Below the pieces are notes generated by a model, which had not been told where the DNA came from, did no database searches, and worked only from the letters and a program-made list of their open reading frames with translations. The translations under genes were made by a program, and so were the position numbers. From positions 49,156 through 69,155 of the forward strand of contig DATMBG010000003.1 in NCBI GenBank assembly GCA_035559535.1: 20,000 bases of DNA, given 5' to 3'. The DNA is from Candidatus Limnocylindrales bacterium. GTDB lineage: Bacteria; Moduliflexota; Moduliflexia; Moduliflexales; JAUQPW01. Each line of letters opens with the position of its first letter. Positions within the stretch are counted from its first letter, which is position 1. Below are positions 18,103 to 20,000 of the stretch, piece after piece.

Positions 18103-19403
18103 TCAGTTACCCGGTAGTATCGCCTTCGCCTTCAAGAGAAAGGTATAATTTGAATGGCTGGTACCCTTGGTGATCCACCAGAACTGATCGTGGTCGCAAA
18201 CATGGACATACGGCTCCCAGTCGACGCCATTAGGCCAGAAGGTATTGCATGAGTCAAGGACGGCCAGGCGCGATTCAATACTCTCCAGGGTACCAACGTC
18301 GACAAATTTGTTTGAGACCTTACCGGCTGCTGTGTTCGCCGAACTGAACGTGGTCCATGTGGTTTGGATATAACCACACTGATTCGTCACTTTTACTGCC
18401 ACGAAGCCAACGAAGTCGTGGCCCTCCGTACTTGGGATGAACTGAGCACCTGTTGCAATTGCCTCGGCAACACCAGCTACAATTGCACCATAGGGTGTGG
18501 CTGTAGCACTGGCAACCGCTGCAACCGAGTGCATTGCGGCTATAATCCCATCCTTGATATTCTTGAGATCGGAATTGTCTTGCTCCATTGCAGTAATTGA
18601 CAGTAGAGCGCTCTGACCATGATGGAGGGTACCGGACCAGAAGATCAGGTTGTTGACATGGGTCTCATCCCGGTTGGTCCAACCGTTGGAGTTGACAGTC
18701 TTTCCATTCTTGGCTTCATAGTAATCATCCTTACCGGTAACCGCTTTTCACTGCTCTGCGTACCGGGACCAAGCCGGGCAACCTTGAAATAAAGCTCATC
18801 ACGGTCACCGTCGCCACTGGTGCTGGAAGTCTGGTTAACGGTCATCTTTGGGATTTCCAATACTACCTGCCTTACGGAATTGGGTGGGACATATGTGCAA
18901 TCGTAAGGATTCGCGGGGGTGGTTGGGGCTGGTGTACAAGTGTTGCAGGGGAAGTAGTGTATACCCACTCAGCGGATAGCTTTTTCTTAAGATTTGACAA
19001 GGAGGCGGTATTTCTGGTCACCCGGAGTAGTGTTGAATCGCGGTAAAGGAGGTTGTAATTTAATCTCGAAGGTACTGCTTGTATTAGAAAGTATAGCCCC
19101 CGATAAGTTGCCAGATGCGAGCTTCTGATCTGGGCCAACGGTAAACTTATAAAGCTCCCACTGAGCCCACTCGGCCGGGTTCTTACCACTCCAGCGCACG
19201 TAGATAGAATTAGGAGCCTCAACAAAGACCAGGTTTTGAGTCCAATTTGGTGGGAACTCTGGGGTTCCAGTGCAATAGTAAGCAACCTCAACGGTACCGT
19301 TAACGGTGACCCTGGGCTTTAGGGTAGGCTGAGCAAACACCCCTGTTTCCACGATAAGCCAATATAGCCCCATAATTATTGTGAGTTTAAGCGTTTTTGA
19401 CAT
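18103..19403 (-). pseudogene. Disrupted gene for a ~430-aa secreted protein
   Basis: RBS AGGAGG, signal peptide ending VFA|Q. The ORF-track fragments join via shifts near ~18990, ~18915 and ~18735; the last frame reads GKDDYYEAKNGKT...IFWSGTL...AMEQDNSD continuously to the stop at 18103. Confidence 0.75.
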
Positions 19404-19515
19404 GATTTAAATCCTCCTAAGTAGAAAGGGTGTAAAAACAACATTTTAGGTCCCACAACTTTCTCTGAAATTTCATTCTCAGGTGAAGTCTCTAACTTTT
19501 CACCCCCTCTCGATA

Positions 19516-19618
19516 AAAAGTTGAGTATGTTCTGGATCTTCTATGCTTTGATTCTTCCTGTTAGATCCAGCAAGTTTCATACCAAACTTTTAATATCTGC
19601 TAACAGCTTATAAAAACA
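19516..19618 (-). repeat. Copy 2 of the duplicated sigma54 promoter/leader cassette
   Basis: 84/103 identical to 14105-14207. Minus-strand TGGTAT-GAAAC-TTGC at 19570-19584. Confidence 0.85.
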
Positions 19619-19738
19619 AAGGTAAGAAGAACCTTTACCCTGATTAATCCCCTTGAGTACATCACCCAGCTCCTCTTGACGCCCAAAAAACATTTTGGAG
19701 TCTTTGACGGGGAAGTTATAGGCATAGGGTGAATCCAT
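19577..19738 (-). pseudogene. N-terminal stub of a STAND/AAA_16-type ATPase (not in the ORF track)
   Basis: Manual translation MDSPYAYNFPVKDSKMFFGRQEELGDVLKGINQGKGSSYLCFYKLLADIKSLV*. It matches the PY...PV....FFGR..EL lead-in of these ATPases and loses similarity before Walker A. Confidence 0.6.
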
Positions 19739-19747
19739 TTGTTTCGC

Positions 19748-19791
19748 CTCTTATAGCCACCTTCTCATACTCTTATAGCCACCTTCTCATA
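19748..19791 (+). repeat. Perfect 22-bp tandem duplication
   Basis: CTCTTATAGCCACCTTCTCATA x2 with no spacer. Confidence 0.95.
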
Positions 19792-19824
19792 ACTAAAATG
19801 GCATCCTTTAAACTCCTCTTATAC

Positions 19825-20000
19825 TAACTATTGGTGCTAGTTTTTTAAATTGAAAGAGTCATGCAGGCTCTCCAATATTATCAACAAAAACTCTTTTTCA
19901 CTCATTTGGAGGTAACCTGCATGACTACCATAGAGTTTATCACCGAATTGTTCTGTCGGGTAGATGATCAGATGAAAAATATTCCCAAACATCCCCTGGC
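19825..20000 (+). mobile_element. Left end of an IS982-like insertion sequence; transposase starts at 19921 and runs off the window
   Basis: RBS GGAGGT; MTTIEFITELFCRVDDQMKNIPKHPL resembles IS982-type transposase N-termini. Putative terminal repeat TAACTATTGGTGCTAGTT at ~19825; exact boundary unverified. Confidence 0.7.

Noticed and set aside
18969-18989. Stop-codon readthrough or selenocysteine at the in-frame TGA
   Set aside because: A TAA precedes it in the same frame and a later frameshift is still needed; compensating indels explain it more simply.
19748-19791. Possible CRISPR array
   Set aside because: Only two abutting copies, no spacer and no cas genes.

Overview
Bacterial chromosomal window with a housekeeping core (prs-rplY-pth) surrounded by accessory genes. 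Left: a 5'-truncated WD40 + TPR membrane protein, then on the minus strand two small proteins, a fusion of a RelA/SpoT-type HD domain with a TPMT-family methyltransferase, and tupB/tupC tungstate-type ABC components with no tupA. Middle: a secreted beta-propeller protein. Right: a secreted protein, an FG-GAP remnant, a solute-binding protein coupled to a multi-HAMP chemoreceptor, a frameshifted secreted-protein pseudogene, a STAND/AAA ATPase stub and the start of an IS982-like element. Intergenic DNA holds REP-like hairpins, two candidate MITEs, 7/8-mer tandem repeats and four sigma54-type promoter motifs, two of them inside a duplicated 103-bp cassette. The best candidate for something undescribed is the HD-methyltransferase fusion, whose HD motif reads QD. 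A structured, SD-less rplY leader is the next best. All calls come from manual motif reading; no database searches were run.
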